A stretch of DNA of 64,000 bases from Candidatus Latescibacterota bacterium (GCA_965198115.1 OZ240241.1:3488001-3552000); one strand, 5' to 3'. Positions 46,791 through 57,884 are shown, numbered from the stretch's first letter. Numbers and translations: made by a program. The notes: generated by a model not told the origin, from the letters alone.

Positions 46791-47892
46791 TCATGCCCTC
46801 GACCCAGTGGCGGAAGAGGCGCTGGACGTCCTCGGGCAACGAGTCGAACACGTCGCGGGGGACCGGCATCTGCATATTACGTTCCTTCGTGCCGTCCTCC
46901 GCGGTCATGTACTCCCGCTCCGGCCGGCCGGGTAGTATGACGTTGAGGTTCAGCCACCAAGGCGCGTAGCGGACGGTTACGCCGACCCTGATTTCGTCGG
47001 TCTTGTTCACTGGCAAACAGATCCCGCGGGAGCCGTGACCTGTATGTCTCCTGGGATCGGTGCTGAGACTACAATCCCATCAGCCGGTCCCCGGGGATTT
47101 CGGGGGTCCCTATGTGACCCAGGCACAACCCACGTGCCTCCCGAATCTTCGTCCACATCGGTGAGGTACCAGATCATCACGAGACACATCGTCACGTCCG
47201 GGAAGGGCTGGCGGACGCACCCCGCGTTCGTCTCCCCCGTAGGCCGCCAGGTCGTGGGGCCAGTCTGTGTGCCATCTGCGGGTGTTGGCCCTCCCATCAA
47301 ACTTGACCGACCCGAATCCGCCACTTGTGCCGTCGGAACTTTCGGATTCGATAATCCGTGGGTGCAACTGAGCGATGCGCAGGTGATCGTCAAGGACGCG
47401 ATGGGCGATCGCCGTGATGACTGGATTGGCCAAATGTCGCGCGTATCGTGGCATCCAGATGATGTCGTTAGGCGGCTTGGGTGGAAGCCCTACCCCACGC
47501 ACGGGTCGTAGCTCAAGGCCGTTTTCCCTCCCCGCCTCAAGAAGCGCTTGGCCTTCCAAGCCCTTCTGCTCTGACAGATCCTCGATGGCCTGGATGTTCC
47601 TGGCCGAGATGGCCTGCGCAGCCACGATTTCGTCGCGGATGGCATCTACTTCATTCTCAGGGATGACGTTGTCGACGACACAGAAACCGAACCGGCTTAG
47701 CGAATCGGCACAGCCCTCAATCGTCGTGACTTCAACTGGATCCGCGCTGGCGCTGAAGGAGTAGGCACGTTCACGTTTGAGTTCCGCCGTGAAAACTTCG
47801 GGGTCGTGGGTTGCCAGGGCGAGTTGATCGCGAGTCCTTTTAAGCTGTTGCTCGAGACGAGCGGCTTTGGCGTGAAGTTGGTTGACGTTCAC
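46790..47892 (-). pseudogene. PhyH-family Fe/2-oxoglutarate dioxygenase, frameshifted
   Basis: FGFCVVDNVI, WHTDWPHDL, MIWYLTDV...SGGTWVVPGSH, APAGSV, VRYAPWW spread across three frames. Confidence 0.8.
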
Positions 47893-48120
47893 AATGGGGC
47901 CTCAATTCAGGTGGTGCTGATCGATCGGGCGGCAGACTGTTCAAGTGACATGTGGCTTGGCCAGACGATTCCTGTAGCCCGTTTCACGCGGCAGCCTTGA
48001 TCAAGTTTAAGCTCGATTCGGACAATTGGGAGGGTGCTTTGTTCGGCGACTCCCCTCGGGAGCCGAACCCCCGTATCGTCTGGATCCGTTTTGGAAGTAA
48101 TCTTGAAGCAGAAGATACGA

Positions 48121-48153
48121 AAGAGGGGTTACGCCAAGAATGACGTAACCCCT
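48121..48153 (-). terminator. Terminator hairpin after tRNA-Leu
   Basis: IR aggggttacg (48124-48133) / cgtaacccct (48144-48153). Confidence 0.6.
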
Positions 48154-48162
48154 TGTTCTATT

Positions 48163-48249
48163 TGGTGCCGAAGAGGAGACTCGAACTCCTACGGGCTGAC
48201 GCCCACTACGCCCTCAACGTAGCGTGTCTACCAATTCCACCACTTCGGC
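48163..48249 (-). tRNA. tRNA-Leu(GAG)
   Basis: GCCGAAGTGGTGGAATTGGTAGACAC, anticodon arm CTACG-TTGAGGG-CGTAG, long variable arm, GTTCGAGTC, CCA. Typical position after secG. Confidence 0.95.
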
Positions 48250-48254
48250 AAAAT

Positions 48255-48641
48255 TCAGTTCGTCGAATCGGTCGAGGCCGGCGCAACATCCGTCGTCGTG
48301 CGCGACTCGATGGGCAGTGGCGATGCAGGCGGGCTGAGAGGCACCGGCGCGCCTTGCTGCTGCAACATCCTTTCCGCTGCCGTCTCGGGTGCCGAGTCAG
48401 TCGTGCGTGCCGTGTACCAGAGCCCGATACACGTGGCAAAGAAGAAAACGGCCGTGTAGGTCGTGACCTTCGTCAGAAATGTCGCGGCCCCTCCCCCACC
48501 AAACAGCTGACTGCCTCCACCACCGCCCATACCGCCGAACGCGCCACCGGCGAGACCACCACCGCGGCCGGCCTGCATGAGGATCGACACGATCATGACG
48601 ATACAGACCAGAATGTGAATACCGAGAAGAACGTAATACAT
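48255..48641 (-). CDS. secG: Preprotein translocase subunit SecG
   Basis: ILMQAGRGGGL, FGG, FLTKVT; lies between tpiA and tRNA-Leu. Confidence 0.92.
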   Translation of the reverse strand: MYYVLLGIHILVCIVMIVSILMQAGRGGGLAGGAFGGMGGGGGSQLFGGGGAATFLTKVTTYTAVFFFATCIGLWYTARTTDSAPETAAERMLQQQGAPVPLSPPASPLPIESRTTTDVAPASTDSTN

Positions 48642-48654
48642 ATTGAAGGTTGCC

Positions 48655-49419
48655 TCAGGACTGTGCTGCTTTGACGATGGCCGCGAACGAATCGGCTTCG
48701 AGCGACGCACCGCCGATCAGACCACCATCGATGTTGCGTCTCGAGAAAAGGTCTACCGCGTTGTCGGGTTTAACGGAGCCTCCGTATTGGATGCGCACAC
48801 CATCTGCCGTTGAAGGACCCGCCAGACCGATCAATTCCTCGCGAATGTGCGCGTGAACGTCCTCGGCCTGATCGGGAGTAGCCATCAGCCCTGTACCGAT
48901 CGCCCAGACCGGCTCGTAAGCCATCACCAGCTTCGCGATGTCACTCGCCCCGAACCCGTCGAGCGCGCCCTTGACCTGCGCACTCACGACACCCGTTGTC
49001 GCGCCGGCCTCTCGTTGACTCTGCGACTCACCGACACAAACAATCGGCGTCAGGCCGGCCTCCAGGGCCGCTCGCAAACGCCGATTCACTGTTTCGTCCG
49101 TTTCGCCAAAGAACTGCCGACGCTCGGAATGACCTAATATAACGTGGCTGCACCCGGCGGTCAACAACATGGCCGTCGAGACCTCGCCCGTGAAGGCACC
49201 TTCGCGCTCCCAATGGACGTTTTGACCACCCACTTTCACGTTGGACCCTGCGATCGCTTTCGAAACCCGATCGAGACCCGTAGAGGTCGGACAGATGACG
49301 ACATCGACCTCACGCACCCCATCCACCGCATCGACAACACCCTTCGCGAGCGCTTCAGACTCGTCGACCGTCTTGTTCATCTTCCAGTTTCCGGCTACGA
49401 TCGGTCGGCGATCACTCAT
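48655..49419 (-). CDS. tpiA: Triosephosphate isomerase
   Basis: AGNWKMN, GHSERR, AYEPVWAIGTG, YGGSV, GGASL. Confidence 0.98.
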   Translation of the reverse strand: MSDRRPIVAGNWKMNKTVDESEALAKGVVDAVDGVREVDVVICPTSTGLDRVSKAIAGSNVKVGGQNVHWEREGAFTGEVSTAMLLTAGCSHVILGHSERRQFFGETDETVNRRLRAALEAGLTPIVCVGESQSQREAGATTGVVSAQVKGALDGFGASDIAKLVMAYEPVWAIGTGLMATPDQAEDVHAHIREELIGLAGPSTADGVRIQYGGSVKPDNAVDLFSRRNIDGGLIGGASLEADSFAAIVKAAQS

Positions 49420-49520
49420 GCGAAACCTCGAAGGCACGGAAGAAGTGGGAAGGGAGTAGGCAGAAGGGGTTTCTGGTCAATGGTCATTGCCGCCTCATCG
49501 CTACCGCAGGCACGCGGCCC

Positions 49521-50714
49521 CTAACCATCCGAAAGTGCGGCAACCCCCGGCAACGTCTTGCCTTCCAAAAACTCCAGGGAAGCTCCGCCGCCCGTCGACA
49601 CGTGGCTGATCCGATCTTGGAGACCCAGTTGGACCACGGCCGCCGCCGTTTCCCCACCGCCGATGACAGTCGTCGCTCCGCCGTCGGTGACTTCAGCCAT
49701 TGCGCTGGCGATAGCCGCCGTTCCTGCCGCAAACGGTTTCATCTCGAAGACGCCCATCGGGCCATTCCAAACGACGGTCCGAGCCTTCGTAATTTGGCCC
49801 GCGAAACGGCTGCGCGTCTCAGGTCCGATGTCAACAGCCACTTGGTTGGGACCGATCGATGCTTGATCGACCACGGAAGTTTCCACCTCCACCGACAACT
49901 CTGACGCAACAACGTTGTCGACGGGCAATTCCAGAGCAATCCCATCGCTTTCCGCGCGGCCGAGAATCTCCTCTGCCACACCCATCCGATCTTCTTCCAA
50001 TAAGGAACGCCCGATCTCCAGACCCATTACCTTGTAGAAGGTGTATGCCATGCCGCCCCCGATCAGGAGCGCGTCGACCTTCGACATCAGATGGGTGATG
50101 ACATCGATCTTACCCGATATCTTCGCTCCCCCAAGCACCGCTACGAAGGGTCTCTCGGGCTCTGCCAGGGCCTTCCCCAGGTAGTCCAGCTCCTTCTCCA
50201 TCAGCAATCCGGCCGCGCACGTCGCAAAGTGATGCGTCAGCCCTTCTGTCGATGCGTGAGCCCTGTGGGCGGTTCCGAACGCGTCGTTTACGAACACATC
50301 GCCCAGCGCAGCGAACTGCGTGGCAAACACGGGATCGTTCTCTTCCTCTTCGGGATGGAACCGAAGGTTTTCGAGCAGCACCACTTCGTCGACCGCCTGG
50401 CCCTTGACCGCCGCCGTGGCGACGTCACCCACGCACGCCGGAACGAATCGGACTTTCTCGTCGAGGAAGCCGTCCAGTGCTTCGGCGACGGGCTCGAGCG
50501 AAAGCTCGGCCACGTGCTCACCACCGGGCCTTCCCAGATGTGAGATCAGGACGGGCCGACCACCGTGATCGAGAATGTGTTTGATCGTTGGAAGCGATGC
50601 GCGGAGCCGGGTGTCATCCTGCACGACACCGTCGTCCAGCGGAACGTTGAAATCCACCCGCACGAGGACTTGCACGTCCTCCAGGTCGACGTCTCTGATC
50701 GACAGCTTGGCCAC
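49521..50714 (-). CDS. pgk: Phosphoglycerate kinase
   Basis: [49 protein letters not shown]. Confidence 0.98.
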   Translation of the reverse strand: MAKLSIRDVDLEDVQVLVRVDFNVPLDDGVVQDDTRLRASLPTIKHILDHGGRPVLISHLGRPGGEHVAELSLEPVAEALDGFLDEKVRFVPACVGDVATAAVKGQAVDEVVLLENLRFHPEEEENDPVFATQFAALGDVFVNDAFGTAHRAHASTEGLTHHFATCAAGLLMEKELDYLGKALAEPERPFVAVLGGAKISGKIDVITHLMSKVDALLIGGGMAYTFYKVMGLEIGRSLLEEDRMGVAEEILGRAESDGIALELPVDNVVASELSVEVETSVVDQASIGPNQVAVDIGPETRSRFAGQITKARTVVWNGPMGVFEMKPFAAGTAAIASAMAEVTDGGATTVIGGGETAAAVVQLGLQDRISHVSTGGGASLEFLEGKTLPGVAALSDG

Positions 50715-50730
50715 GGCTCAGCGACGCTCT

Positions 50731-51722
50731 CTATGCGATTCTCTTGGCCAGATCGACGCAACGATTGGAGTAGCCCCACTCGTTGTCGTACCAGCCGCAG
50801 ACCTGGACCATGTTACCCTGTACCACGTTCGTGGTCAGGCTGTCGAAGATGCAGGAGTAGGCATTACCTACGATGTCGGCAGAGACGATCGGGTCTTCGG
50901 TGTATTCCAGAATGCCCTTCAGATCCCCGTTGGCGTTGGCCTGGAAGGCAGTGTTGATCTCCTCGACCGTGGTCGACTTTTTCAACGTCGCGACGAATTC
51001 CGTAAACGAACCATCGGGCGTCGGAACACGGACGGCCATGCCGTCGAGCTTTCCGTTCAATTCGGGAATGACCTTGCCGACCGCGCTTGCGGCCCCGGTC
51101 GTGGTCGGAATCATCGACAGGGCCGCCGATCGGGCCCGACGAAGATCGGGGTGTGGCGCATCCAGAATCCGTTGGTCACCCGTGTAGGCGTGGGGATGGT
51201 CGTCATCAACCCCCGCTCTACACCGAACGCGTCGTTCAGCGTCTTGACCATCGGAGCGAGGCAGTTGGTCGTACAGGACGCGTTTGAGATCACGCGATCG
51301 TCGTCCGTCAACGTATCGTCGTTGATTCCCATCACCACCGTCGGGAGATCACCCTTCCCCGGCGCGGAAATGATCACGCGCTTTGCGCCGCCCTTCAGAT
51401 GTTGTGCGGCGCCTTCCTTGTCCGTGAAGAAGCCTGTCGCTTCGATCACGATGTCTGCGCCATCTTCGGACCAGGGAAGCTTGGAAGGATCGCGTTCCGA
51501 ATGGACCGTGAGCGTCCTGCCGTCGACGACGAGTGCGTGTTCTTTGTGCTCGACCTTACCCGGATACCGGCCGTGCGTGGAGTCGTATTTGAGCAGGTGG
51601 GCGAGTGTCGGTGCGTCTGTCAGATCGTTCACTGCGACGACATCCACACCACTTTGCGCCGCCGCCCTGAAAACCAGACGGCCTATACGACCGAATCCAT
51701 TGATCCCGATCCTGACTACCAT
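50731..51722 (-). CDS. gap: Glyceraldehyde-3-phosphate dehydrogenase, type I; apparent +2 frameshift near 51192
   Basis: GINGFGRIGR, SNASCTTNCLAP, IPTTTGAA, WYDNEWGYS. ATCCCCACG stands where ATCCACG would restore TTIHAYTGDQ. Confidence 0.95.
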
Positions 51723-51777
51723 CTCCCTCCTCCTCCGTAACGCACGCCCGTCATCACCTCACCCAATCGAACAGAAC

Positions 51778-52812
51778 CTACCCAAAGAATACCTTGGCGA
51801 TCTCATAAAGGTCCATATCCACCGTACGATTGTTTACTGCATCGCGAATGTCGACTGCCACGATCTCAGTCCCACGGAGCGCCACCATCTTCCCGAACTC
51901 ACTCTGGCCGACCAGGTCGATTGCCGCGATCCCGAATCGTGTACCCAGCACGCGATCGAAGGCAGTTGGACTTCCGCCGCGCTGGACGTGTCCGAGTACT
52001 GTGACGCGTGTTTCATAGCCTGTTCGTTCCTCGATCTGCTCGCCAAGCACGTTCCCTATTCCGCCGAGCCGCACGTGACCGAAAGCGTCCTTGTCTTCCG
52101 ACTGCAACACCATGCTGTCGTCAGCGAGTTTGGCGCCCTCCGCGACAACCACGATGCTGAACGTTTTACCTCTTTCGTGGCGCAGGCGGATGACGTCACA
52201 AACTTCCTCCAGCCGGAAGGGGGCCTCTGGGATAAGCACGACGTCGGCCCCTCCTGCGATCCCTGATTCGACAGCGATCCAGCCGGCGTGGCGTCCCATC
52301 ACTTCGCAAACAATCACACGGTTGTGAGACTCGGCCGTCGTGTGAAGCCGGTCGAGAGCCTCCATCACAATGTTGATGGCCGTGTCGAACCCGAACGTCT
52401 GGTCCGTGCCGTCCAGATCGTTGTCGATGGTCTTCGGGATACCCACAACCTTGACGCCTTCTTCGGACAGCTTTGCGGCGACGCCGATCGTGTCATCACC
52501 TCCGACGGCGATCAGGGCATCCAGCTCCAAACGAGCCATGTTGTCTTTAACGACAATCGCGCCATTCTCCTCGCTGAAGGGATTCGTCCGCGACGTACCC
52601 AGGATTGTACCCCCTTTGGGCAGAATCCCTGAGACTTCCTTGAGGTCGAGCGGTCTGTAGAGCCGCTCCATCATCCCCCGCCAACCTTCCATGACACCGA
52701 TGATCTCCATCCCATACACGTCGATTCCCTTACGGACGACTGCACGAATCACCGCATTGAGGCCAGGACAATCTCCTCCGCCGGTCAGAATCCCTACGCG
52801 TTGAACGGCCAT
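51778..52812 (-). CDS. pfkA: 6-phosphofructokinase
   Basis: TGGGDCPGLNAVIR, GGTILGTSR, PKTIDND, EVMGRHAG, LGHVQRGG. Confidence 0.95.
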   Translation of the reverse strand: MAVQRVGILTGGGDCPGLNAVIRAVVRKGIDVYGMEIIGVMEGWRGMMERLYRPLDLKEVSGILPKGGTILGTSRTNPFSEENGAIVVKDNMARLELDALIAVGGDDTIGVAAKLSEEGVKVVGIPKTIDNDLDGTDQTFGFDTAINIVMEALDRLHTTAESHNRVIVCEVMGRHAGWIAVESGIAGGADVVLIPEAPFRLEEVCDVIRLRHERGKTFSIVVVAEGAKLADDSMVLQSEDKDAFGHVRLGGIGNVLGEQIEERTGYETRVTVLGHVQRGGSPTAFDRVLGTRFGIAAIDLVGQSEFGKMVALRGTEIVAVDIRDAVNNRTVDMDLYEIAKVFFG

Positions 52813-53031
52813 AAATACCTCTCAATTTATTTATACGCAGGATTATCCCACCTTATACTCATGTAGGACGATTCCTGCTTTCCGCGCAGCGGCCAAGAAA
52901 TGTATACACCGGCCGATGACCTGTCAAGCCGACCCTCTCGCCCCAAGATACCCAACGTGCTGTTTCCCAAGCACTTTCGTCGACTCGGGCAAGATTGAGA
53001 GGCGTGTCGGACTCCACAGCGCGGGGGCCCG

Positions 53032-53800
53032 CTATGGCTGACACGAAACGCCCGATGGCCCCGATCCAATGGCAATGCTGGCATCGTGTGGGCTGGCCAG
53101 GGCCACCACGTCAACCGACGCGGCCCCTGCCGCCATCAGGGCATCTGCACACGCATTCACGGTCGCGCCCGTCGTCACCACATCATCCACGAGCCAGATT
53201 CTTGCCCCGTTGACCGTCGGCCGCGACACGAACGCCCCCACCACGTTTTCGCGTCTCGCCTCACGATCGAGTGCCGTCTGCGACGGCGTGGCTCGAGTCC
53301 GCTTCAAATCCTTCTCAGCAAGGCGTCCGAAACCTGCTCGGACGAGCGTACGAGCGATCAACGCACTCTGATTGTAGCCCCGTTCGCGTTCTCGGCTGCT
53401 ATGGAGCGGAACGGGGATCAGAAATCGGTCCGGATCGGGGGCGGACATTCAAAGATGCGAGGCGCTTTTGTAGCCCAGTGCCGAGCACACGAGCAACGGA
53501 TGTCCGGCCACGGTATTTCAAGTCGTGCAGAAGCCGCTGAATGTCCTCAGAAAACGAACTCGCCACGATCAGCCGTGAGAAGCGAAACGTCTTGTCCGCA
53601 CAATTGTAACAATCCGCAACACCGTTAACGCCGGGACAGCTGCATCGCGGACACCCCTGCTCGGCGATCAGATTCAGTCCCGGTAAGCAGGAATCGCAGA
53701 CCAGAAGGGGAGTTCGATCGATTCCTGCGCCACACAAGTGGCAGGCGGGTGGAAACAGAAACGCATCCAGCGCCTCGAAAATCGCCCCAAAACAGGAAAA
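53032..53800 (-). pseudogene. comF: ComF-family protein, frameshift near 53450
   Basis: LFPPAC..C zinc ribbons, LKY.G, PVPLH..R.RERGYNQS, LVDDVVTTGAT. Start uncertain. Confidence 0.88.
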
Positions 53801-53863
53801 AACCGCGACGTGATCTGGCTCACTCACCTTTTGCACACGGGAATGCATGTTTAGTCCAGGAAA

Positions 53864-54292
53864 ATGGCACGGAAAATACTCGTCATAGATGATGAACCCG
53901 AATTCCGGGTGACCCTCTCGGATGTCCTGGAGCGGGAAGGCTACACAGTCGATAATCCCCGCTATCTCGCGTCCTCGGTCGGCATCGGGCTAACGGGGGG
54001 CTACGATCTGATCACCCTCGACCTCAAAATGCCCGAGGTCGACGGGCTCGACGTGGCGCGTCTCTACGCTCGAATGCTGCCGAAAACGCCGATCCTCGTA
54101 ATCTCTGGCTATCTGGACGATGGCGCCGTGTCCACGCTCGAAGAAATCGGGATCAACCATCTTCTGGACAAGCCTGCCGGTGTTGGAGACCTCATCAAAG
54201 CGGTCGACAACGCACTCGCCACGCCGTTGGCCGATCGACCCACGCGAGCCGCCCACCGCAACGGCAACGGTCGTGCACATCGCAGAATCTGA
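53864..54292 (+). CDS. Single-domain response regulator
   Basis: ILVIDDE, DLITLDLKMPEVDG, ISG, KP. Confidence 0.9.
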   Translation: MARKILVIDDEPEFRVTLSDVLEREGYTVDNPRYLASSVGIGLTGGYDLITLDLKMPEVDGLDVARLYARMLPKTPILVISGYLDDGAVSTLEEIGINHLLDKPAGVGDLIKAVDNALATPLADRPTRAAHRNGNGRAHRRI

Positions 54293-54434
54293 CCCCTCGT
54301 AGACTTTCCCCGCCGAACGTCCTACATTGTAGCTCGCAGGGGCGTCCGCATCCTCTTTTCGTTCAATCCAGGTTCTACGCGCATCCCAGCGGCCTGCCAC
54401 AGACCGTTTCGGACATTCGCGCCCAACCGATCTC

Positions 54435-56390
54435 ATGAAAAACACGCGCGCCGTCATCTTCGACCTCGACGGCACTCTCTTCGATCTCGCACCTCTCGTA
54501 CAGGCCGCCCGCAACCGAGTGGCCGCCCTCCTGCACGAAGCGGGATTCTTCGCCTCCGCAGGCTACGCCCTCCGCCGCATCAACGAGCTCGAACGTCGTC
54601 ACGGCCCCTACTACTCCTCCTCGCCCTACTATTTTGCCTTTTTCGACATCGCCAAATCGATCTGTCGTGAAAAGCCAAAGCAATCGGCCGATTTTCTCAG
54701 GTCACACGGGCACAAAGACGGGGACCCGATCGAGCAATTCGTCGCGGTGCTCGAGCACGCCTACAACGCAGAGAACGTCGAAAGCATTCTCCCCTATCCC
54801 GACGCACTCCAGACCCTCGAGGAAGTAAGGGCTGCCGGCTGCCGGACCTTTCTCGTCTCGATCGGACGCCCGGGCCGCCAGCAGAACAAGATCGATCGTC
54901 TGGGCATCGCCCCTTTTTTCGACCGCATCGTCAACGAAGGCCCACCCTCTCACACCTACTGGTTCAGCGAGATCCTCAGCGACAATGGCTACAGCCCCGA
55001 CGAAGTGGTCGTCGTAGGAGATCGTGCTCAAGACGAAATCCGGGCAGGGAACCGCCTGGACCTCACGACCGTCTGGCTCAGACGGGGACGCTACGGCGAG
55101 GTCGAGCCGGGTGAAGGCGACCACCCCGACTACACGGTCGGGTTCCTGTCACAGGTCTCGACGCTGATCCACATGGCTCGGGCAGGCAAAGACCGCGAGC
55201 ATTTCAGGACGGTCGTCATCGGCGGCGGAACGGGTTTGCCGACCGTGCTCCGGGGTATCCGCACGTTCGATGAAAAACCGACCGCGATCGTGGCGGTCAC
55301 CGACACGGGCGCATCATCGGGCCGGATTCGGTGGAATCTGGGCGTTCAACCACCGGGCGACATCCGCAACGCATTGACCGCGTTGGCCGACCCCGACCTC
55401 GTTTCCCCCGGCCTGTTCCGGGTCTTTCAACACCGATTCCCGAACGACGAGGCCGAAGCAGGTATCTTCAAGAACGACCACATCGGGAACTTTCTCGTCG
55501 CGGCACTGACCCAGCAGCTCGGCAACTTCCAACACGCCATCCAGACCGCATCGGAGATGCTTCACGTGCGGGGAACCATCCTTCCCGCCAGTGTCGACAA
55601 CGTCGACATCTGTGCGGAACTCGAGAGCGGAGAGCATCGATATACCGAGTGGATGGTCAGAAAACCGGGAAAGCCGGCAATCCAAAAGGCTTATCTGGTT
55701 TCGAACGCGGAGATGCTATCTGAATTGGATCGGAAGAACGGGACGATCAAACGCGTGGAAGACCCTGTCACCGGGCAGGTCGAAGTCCACGGAAGGAAAG
55801 GGGCGACCTTTTCCCCCTCCCGCCGAACGCTTCAGGCTCCGCAGGAGGCGGTGACCGCAATCGAGGATGCCGATCTCGTCATCCTCGGACCGGGGAGTCT
55901 CTACACCAGCGTCATTACCAACCTCCTCGTTCCCGGGATTGGCAAAGCGCTTCTCTCGCGCTCGAACGGCAAAACGTGCTACGTCTGCAACATCACGACT
56001 CAGCCCGGGCAGTCCGACGGTTTCGCTGCTTCCGACCACGCCAAAGCCATCGCCAGGCATCTCAAGGAGGCAGCGGTTCGTAATGTCTTCGACTGCGTGC
56101 TCGTCCAGGACACGACCGTGTTCGAGTCCAAGAAAGGCAATGCCTGGACGCCCTTGCTCCGGCGCTACAAGAAAGACGACAAGGTGCTCGTCGAATCCGA
56201 TGAAGAAGAGTTGGATCGCATCGTGGACTGGACGAAAGCCGACTTCGTCGAGGAGTTCAGTCCCGATGTCATGGGCCGAGGCGTGGGAGACTTCATCAGC
56301 CACGATTCCAACAAGGTGGCGGATGCCCTTTGCCGTGTCTACTGCGGGCTTCCCATTCCCGACTATTGGGGTCTCCAGAACGGGGAATGA
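54435..56390 (+). CDS. Fusion of a HAD-superfamily domain and a YvcK/GlmR (CofD-like, UPF0052) domain
   Basis: N-terminal FDLDGTL, VVGDR..DE..AGN..L.TVW. C-terminal VVIGGGTGL, GASSG, PPGDIRN.L.AL, HIGN, GPGSLYTSVITNLL, YVCN..TQPG, SHD. One uninterrupted 651-aa frame. Confidence 0.88.
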   Translation: MKNTRAVIFDLDGTLFDLAPLVQAARNRVAALLHEAGFFASAGYALRRINELERRHGPYYSSSPYYFAFFDIAKSICREKPKQSADFLRSHGHKDGDPIEQFVAVLEHAYNAENVESILPYPDALQTLEEVRAAGCRTFLVSIGRPGRQQNKIDRLGIAPFFDRIVNEGPPSHTYWFSEILSDNGYSPDEVVVVGDRAQDEIRAGNRLDLTTVWLRRGRYGEVEPGEGDHPDYTVGFLSQVSTLIHMARAGKDREHFRTVVIGGGTGLPTVLRGIRTFDEKPTAIVAVTDTGASSGRIRWNLGVQPPGDIRNALTALADPDLVSPGLFRVFQHRFPNDEAEAGIFKNDHIGNFLVAALTQQLGNFQHAIQTASEMLHVRGTILPASVDNVDICAELESGEHRYTEWMVRKPGKPAIQKAYLVSNAEMLSELDRKNGTIKRVEDPVTGQVEVHGRKGATFSPSRRTLQAPQEAVTAIEDADLVILGPGSLYTSVITNLLVPGIGKALLSRSNGKTCYVCNITTQPGQSDGFAASDHAKAIARHLKEAAVRNVFDCVLVQDTTVFESKKGNAWTPLLRRYKKDDKVLVESDEEELDRIVDWTKADFVEEFSPDVMGRGVGDFISHDSNKVADALCRVYCGLPIPDYWGLQNGE

Positions 56391-57082
56391 CCCAGACCAC
56401 AACCGGCGGGGTCCTCTTCGACCTCGACGACACGCTCTTCGATTGCACCGGCCGCCTCACAGGGCCCGCCAGACGCAGAGCAGCCCGGATCCTCGCCCGG
56501 GGGGGCGAAAACCTCAGCGAGACGAAAGCCTTCCAGCTTCAGACAGAATGGTCTGAGGATATCGGGTCGACCGAAGCCATTCGGGAGATCGCCAGGACCC
56601 ACGCTTGCCAGGCGACGGTCCTGAACGAGGCGCTCGCCGCCTACAACGAGCCGCACGTACCGAACATCCAGCCGTTTCCTGACGCCCTTCCTACGATCGA
56701 GGCACTACAAAGGGCAGCTATCGCAGTGTCGTTGGTCACCTCGGGATCGCCTCCTCGACAGTGTGCCAAGATCGAGCGACTCGGTCTCGGGAATGTCTTC
56801 TCGGCGGACAAAGGCAACCTTTGCCTTCACGATCCAACGGAAGACGGGATCGACAAGGGCCCTCACCTGCGACAAGCAGCCCGGTGGATGGGATTGCCCC
56901 ATGACCGCATCGCGGTCGTGGGCGACAAGCTCGATAGCGAAATCGAAGCCGGAAACCGACTGGGCATGATGACCGTCCACGTCAGACACGGACGTCAGGG
57001 CCGGGCGACGCCCTGCGACGCCAGCCAGAAACCCGATTTCGAGATCGACACCTTGGCCGAGCTGACCGCACTCCTGTTGTAG
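56387..57082 (+). CDS. HAD-superfamily hydrolase
   Basis: FDLDDTL, LVTSG, DKG, VVGDKLDSEIEAGN. ATGA overlap with the upstream fusion. Confidence 0.88.
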   Translation: MTQTTTGGVLFDLDDTLFDCTGRLTGPARRRAARILARGGENLSETKAFQLQTEWSEDIGSTEAIREIARTHACQATVLNEALAAYNEPHVPNIQPFPDALPTIEALQRAAIAVSLVTSGSPPRQCAKIERLGLGNVFSADKGNLCLHDPTEDGIDKGPHLRQAARWMGLPHDRIAVVGDKLDSEIEAGNRLGMMTVHVRHGRQGRATPCDASQKPDFEIDTLAELTALLL

Positions 57083-57098
57083 CCCTACGGGTCCGGCA

Positions 57099-57884
57099 TC
57101 ACGGCTCCCTCTTCGATATCTCGACTCGATCACCCCGGCTGAGTGAAAGGGTCTCTGCCGCACGCCCACCGTTGATCGATATTTCTACCGTATCCTGACT
57201 GCCCATCAGCGCCAAGACCCCACCCGTCTCCACATCCGTGTAGGTTCGACTCATTCCCCGGATCCTCGTCGATCCCACGGACACTTCCACATCGCGTTCG
57301 GCCGGCAGGTCCGCTCGAGACAGGTTCGTGATGACATTCCCGAACCGATCGATATGGACGATCTGCCCCCGAACCCTCCCCTTGCCTCGCTCGATATCCC
57401 ACACATTCAGTCGGACGGGATCCTCGACGAGATCGCCAAACCGGGCGGGCGGCACCCCCAACGCCAGATGCGCGGCCGCCGGCGCGAACACGTCTCGTCC
57501 GTGGAAGGTCGAACTCACACGGGGCCGCACGAGCCCCATGTCGGTGATCTCCCTGACTTCGCGAACCTTCACGCCGTCAAAGACAGGAGTCAGCACCCCA
57601 TTATCTGGCGCCACGTAGGTTCCCGCCTCGGTGTCTACCACAATCGCACGCCGTGCGGAGCCCACGCCGGGATCGACGACGATGAGGTGAATCGTATCTT
57701 CCGGGAACAGGCCCAGGAGGGTTGACACCTGGTAGGATCCGCCGACCACATCCTGAGGCTCGATTTCGTGCGTCACGTCCAGAATCTGAACATCCGGTGC
57801 GTGGCTCAACACCACGCCTTTGACGGCCGCCACGTAGGTGTCACGCGTTCCGAAGTCCGTCGTCAATGTCAGGAATCGCCTCAC
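57099..57884 (-). CDS. SAM hydroxide adenosyltransferase / chlorinase-fluorinase family (DUF62)
   Basis: LTLTTDFG..D.YV, VVDPGVGS.RR, APDNG, SSTFHGRDVFAP, IDRFGN.ITN. Confidence 0.92.
   Translation of the reverse strand: MRRFLTLTTDFGTRDTYVAAVKGVVLSHAPDVQILDVTHEIEPQDVVGGSYQVSTLLGLFPEDTIHLIVVDPGVGSARRAIVVDTEAGTYVAPDNGVLTPVFDGVKVREVREITDMGLVRPRVSSTFHGRDVFAPAAAHLALGVPPARFGDLVEDPVRLNVWDIERGKGRVRGQIVHIDRFGNVITNLSRADLPAERDVEVSVGSTRIRGMSRTYTDVETGGVLALMGSQDTVEISINGGRAAETLSLSRGDRVEISKREP

Noticed and set aside
50575-52266. Long antisense ORFs such as this 563-aa frame
   Set aside because: Shadow frames of gap, pfkA and other GC-rich genes, with no recognisable motifs.
57099-57884. Halogenase (fluorinase/chlorinase) pathway
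   Set aside because: Stand-alone DUF62 genes are widespread and usually SAM hydrolases; there is no biosynthetic context.
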